This document shows positions 61,775 through 64,000 of a stretch of 64,000 nucleotides of DNA, piece after piece; position 1 is the stretch's first letter; each line of letters starts with the position of its first letter. Origin of the DNA: a bacterium (lineage in GTDB: Bacteria > UBA8248); contig OZ241326.1 of NCBI GenBank assembly GCA_965199855.1, positions 1,120,001 to 1,184,000 of the forward strand, in the 5' to 3' direction. A model generated the notes under the pieces. The model worked only from the letters and a program-made list of their open reading frames with translations, was not told the origin of the DNA and did no database searches. The position numbers and the translations under genes were made by a program.

Positions 61775-61801
61775 CGTGAATCCGTCGGGCGTTCCGCGCC
61801 C

Positions 61802-64000
61802 CTAGAAGCGCACGCTCAGGGACGCGGCGCCGCCGTATTGGCTCGTGTCGCTCCCGCTCGCCGCGTAGCTGCCCGAGAGGGTGAGCGCCGCGCTCTCGCC
61901 CAGGGGGAGGGCGCCGCCGACGCCCAGCCGCAGCGTGGTCGAGGCGCTTTCCGCGTCGAGCTTGGCGTCGCCGACCTCCACGCTCGTCTCGTCGGAGAAC
62001 TCCTGCTCGAGGTCCGCCGAGGCGAAAAGGCGGCCCCCCTCGCCCGCGCCCGTCTCCAGGGTGAAGCCGGCCCGCGCCCGCGCGCTCCACGCCTTCTCCA
62101 CCGAGACCCGCGCGGCGGAGCCGACCGAATCCGTGAAGTCGCTCAGGTCCGCGTTCGACCAGACGAGCCCCAGGCGTGGGGTGACGGCGAGGGCGCCCTC
62201 CATAAAGGACGCCCGGCGGCCGATCTCGACCCCCAGCGCGAAGCCCTTGCCGCTCGCGTCCTTCTCCAGCTTGCCGCTGACGGACGAGTCGAACTCCGCG
62301 TCGAACCAGGTCGCCTGCCCGGAGAAGTCCAGGTGAAAGCCGCCCCAGAGCCAGGTGGCCGAGGCGCCCGCGCCCATTCCGCTCACGGCCATCTCGCCCA
62401 CGGCGTCCATCTCCGCCTTGCCCTTGAGAAAGTGGGCCGAGAGGCCGAAGCGCGCCCCCGCGCCCTCGAAGTCGAATCCCGCGCGCCCGCCGGCGACGTC
62501 GTAGTCGTAGGCGAGCGGCTTCGCCGAGACCGCCTTGTCGGCCGTCCACTCGCCCTGCGCCGCCTCCACGCGCCCCCAGACGCCGTTCGACCCTCGCGGG
62601 GCGGCCATCCGCTCGGCGTAGGCGGGAAGCCGGTTCAGCGCCAGAAGGAGGGAGGGCAGCGCCTCGTAGAGCTCGCAACGCCTGTCCGTCGCCATGCCGC
62701 ACCGGAACCCGACGGAAATCAGCGCGCCCTCGGAGTCGAGCGCGCCCTGGGTCACGAAGCCGGTGGTTCCGCTCGCGTTCGCCTCGGCGAAGGTCACGCT
62801 CTCGCCCACGCCCGCCCCGCCGATGGCGCCCTTCACGCGCGCCGCGGCCGCGTTGACGGACGCCGCGTCCGTGCCGTCCATGTGAATGATGATCGTCGTC
62901 GGGGCGTCGCCCTGAATCGCCCGCGCCGCGCCGTTCGCGTCCACCGAGCCGGTGAGGCCGATGGTCACGCTGCCGCCGCCGGTGAGGTGAACCGCCGCGG
63001 GCGCGGGACTGTCGGCCGGGCCCTCCCCGCCCTTCACCTCGCCCCCGATGTAGATGATCGCCGGGCCCGGGTCGTTCACCAGAATCGCCCGGCCCGAGGA
63101 GCCGCCGACCAGCCTGCCGCCGTCGGTGACGATGAGCGCGCCGCCGCCGTCAAGATGGACGGCCGCGTCCGAGCCTCCCGTCACGACTCCTCCCCGCACC
63201 CGGACGACCTGGTTGAGGTGGTCCGCCACGAGGACCATGGCATCGGCGCCCAGATTCGCGTTCGCGTCCTGAACGGCCTGGGGGGCGTATTTTTTCTCTA
63301 TCCGCAGGCCGCGGCCCGCGTTGGCCACGTAGACGCCCGCCATGGCGCCCGTGACGCTCGCGCCCTTGGCGACGGTGACGGAAATCCCGCCGTTGTTGGC
63401 GTGGGGGGTCGCGTACCAGGCGGTGATTCCGTCTCCGCGCGAGTCGATGGAGCCCCCGTTCACGGCGACGCGGATGTCGCTCGCGTTGTAGCTGTTGACC
63501 AGGGCGCGCACGTCCCGTTTCCAGGCGTTGGTGGCGTCGGGCAGTGCCGTGAGCGCGGCGTCAACGTCGCCGCCCGTCATCAGCGCCCGGAACACGGTCA
63601 GCTCATGCTCGGTGAACGACTTCGTCAGGACGCTCCGCAGGAGCTCCCTGCGGGAGTCGCTGTCCTCGCTCAGATACGCGGTGATCTCCGCGTCGCTGTA
63701 GGTTCCGTCGTCGTCCGCGTCGATGTCGCCCGCCCCCGGAATCGTTCCGAGAGACTCGTTGGTGAGCACCGACCGGAACTGCGCGATGATGGCCGCCGCC
63801 CGCGCCTTCGTGGCCGCGTCGGCCGAGTCGGCGAACAGCGCGGTCACCGCCGCGGCGTCCGCGAACGCGCCCGGGTCGTCCCCCTCGGCCACGACGCGCA
63901 TGAAGGTCGCCCAGTGCATGACGCCGGCGTCGATTCCCGCGGTCGCCTGCGCGTAGCGCAGCAGCGGCGGATCTCCCTCGTCTCCCGTCCGGGTCGCCCG
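61802..64000 (-). CDS. Large autotransporter-domain protein (5' end beyond the window)
   Basis: G/A/V-rich beta-helix-like passenger, Asp-rich DIDADDDGTYSD loop, C-terminal beta-barrel (WGRVEA…TPRLGL…SVRF). The frame appears to stay open to the window edge. Confidence 0.85.
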   Translation of the reverse strand, partial: RATRTGDEGDPPLLRYAQATAGIDAGVMHWATFMRVVAEGDDPGAFADAAAVTALFADSADAATKARAAAIIAQFRSVLTNESLGTIPGAGDIDADDDGTYSDAEITAYLSEDSDSRRELLRSVLTKSFTEHELTVFRALMTGGDVDAALTALPDATNAWKRDVRALVNSYNASDIRVAVNGGSIDSRGDGITAWYATPHANNGGISVTVAKGASVTGAMAGVYVANAGRGLRIEKKYAPQAVQDANANLGADAMVLVADHLNQVVRVRGGVVTGGSDAAVHLDGGGALIVTDGGRLVGGSSGRAILVNDPGPAIIYIGGEVKGGEGPADSPAPAAVHLTGGGSVTIGLTGSVDANGAARAIQGDAPTTIIIHMDGTDAASVNAAAARVKGAIGGAGVGESVTFAEANASGTTGFVTQGALDSEGALISVGFRCGMATDRRCELYEALPSLLLALNRLPAYAERMAAPRGSNGVWGRVEAAQGEWTADKAVSAKPLAYDYDVAGGRAGFDFEGAGARFGLSAHFLKGKAEMDAVGEMAVSGMGAGASATWLWGGFHLDFSGQATWFDAEFDSSVSGKLEKDASGKGFALGVEIGRRASFMEGALAVTPRLGLVWSNADLSDFTDSVGSAARVSVEKAWSARARAGFTLETGAGEGGRLFASADLEQEFSDETSVEVGDAKLDAESASTTLRLGVGGALPLGESAALTLSGSYAASGSDTSQYGGAASLSVRF

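Overview
A 64-kb, very GC-rich bacterial chromosomal segment, mostly core and metabolic genes. It holds valS, a RomR/PopZ-like gene, mltG, ruvX, a TolC-family gene, ribF, a perfect parS palindrome, tRNA-Leu(CAG), a large clpB-dnaK-dnaJ-hspR-htpX-grpE-dnaJ heat-shock cluster, rpoZ, queA, a Tat-less molybdopterin oxidoreductase operon, a 2-oxoacid:ferredoxin oxidoreductase, rmuC and two autotransporters. Four things are not captured by the ORF track. (1) Two convergent, tail-to-tail selenoprotein genes read through in-frame TGA codons: an ArsC/Spx-like protein with UxxC and a radical SAM protein ending C-U-A-E-P, each with a SECIS-like hairpin. (2) Three mosaic arrays (about 8.9-9.4, 55.3-55.9 and 59.75-61.7 kb) are built from many different GTAG-tailed and CGTC-type REP-like hairpins, with heterologous REPIN-like doublets, nested units and an IHF consensus site; no transposase is present in the window. 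(3) A dispersed ~230-bp non-palindromic element with phased 21-bp and 10-bp repeats occurs at three loci. (4) A low-GC defence islet (49.2-52.5 kb) carries a convergent restriction-modification-like pair, an AT-rich membrane orphan and a Type ISP remnant. Product calls come from recognising motifs by eye; no database searches were run. Start codons were adjusted manually where the ORF track over-extends.
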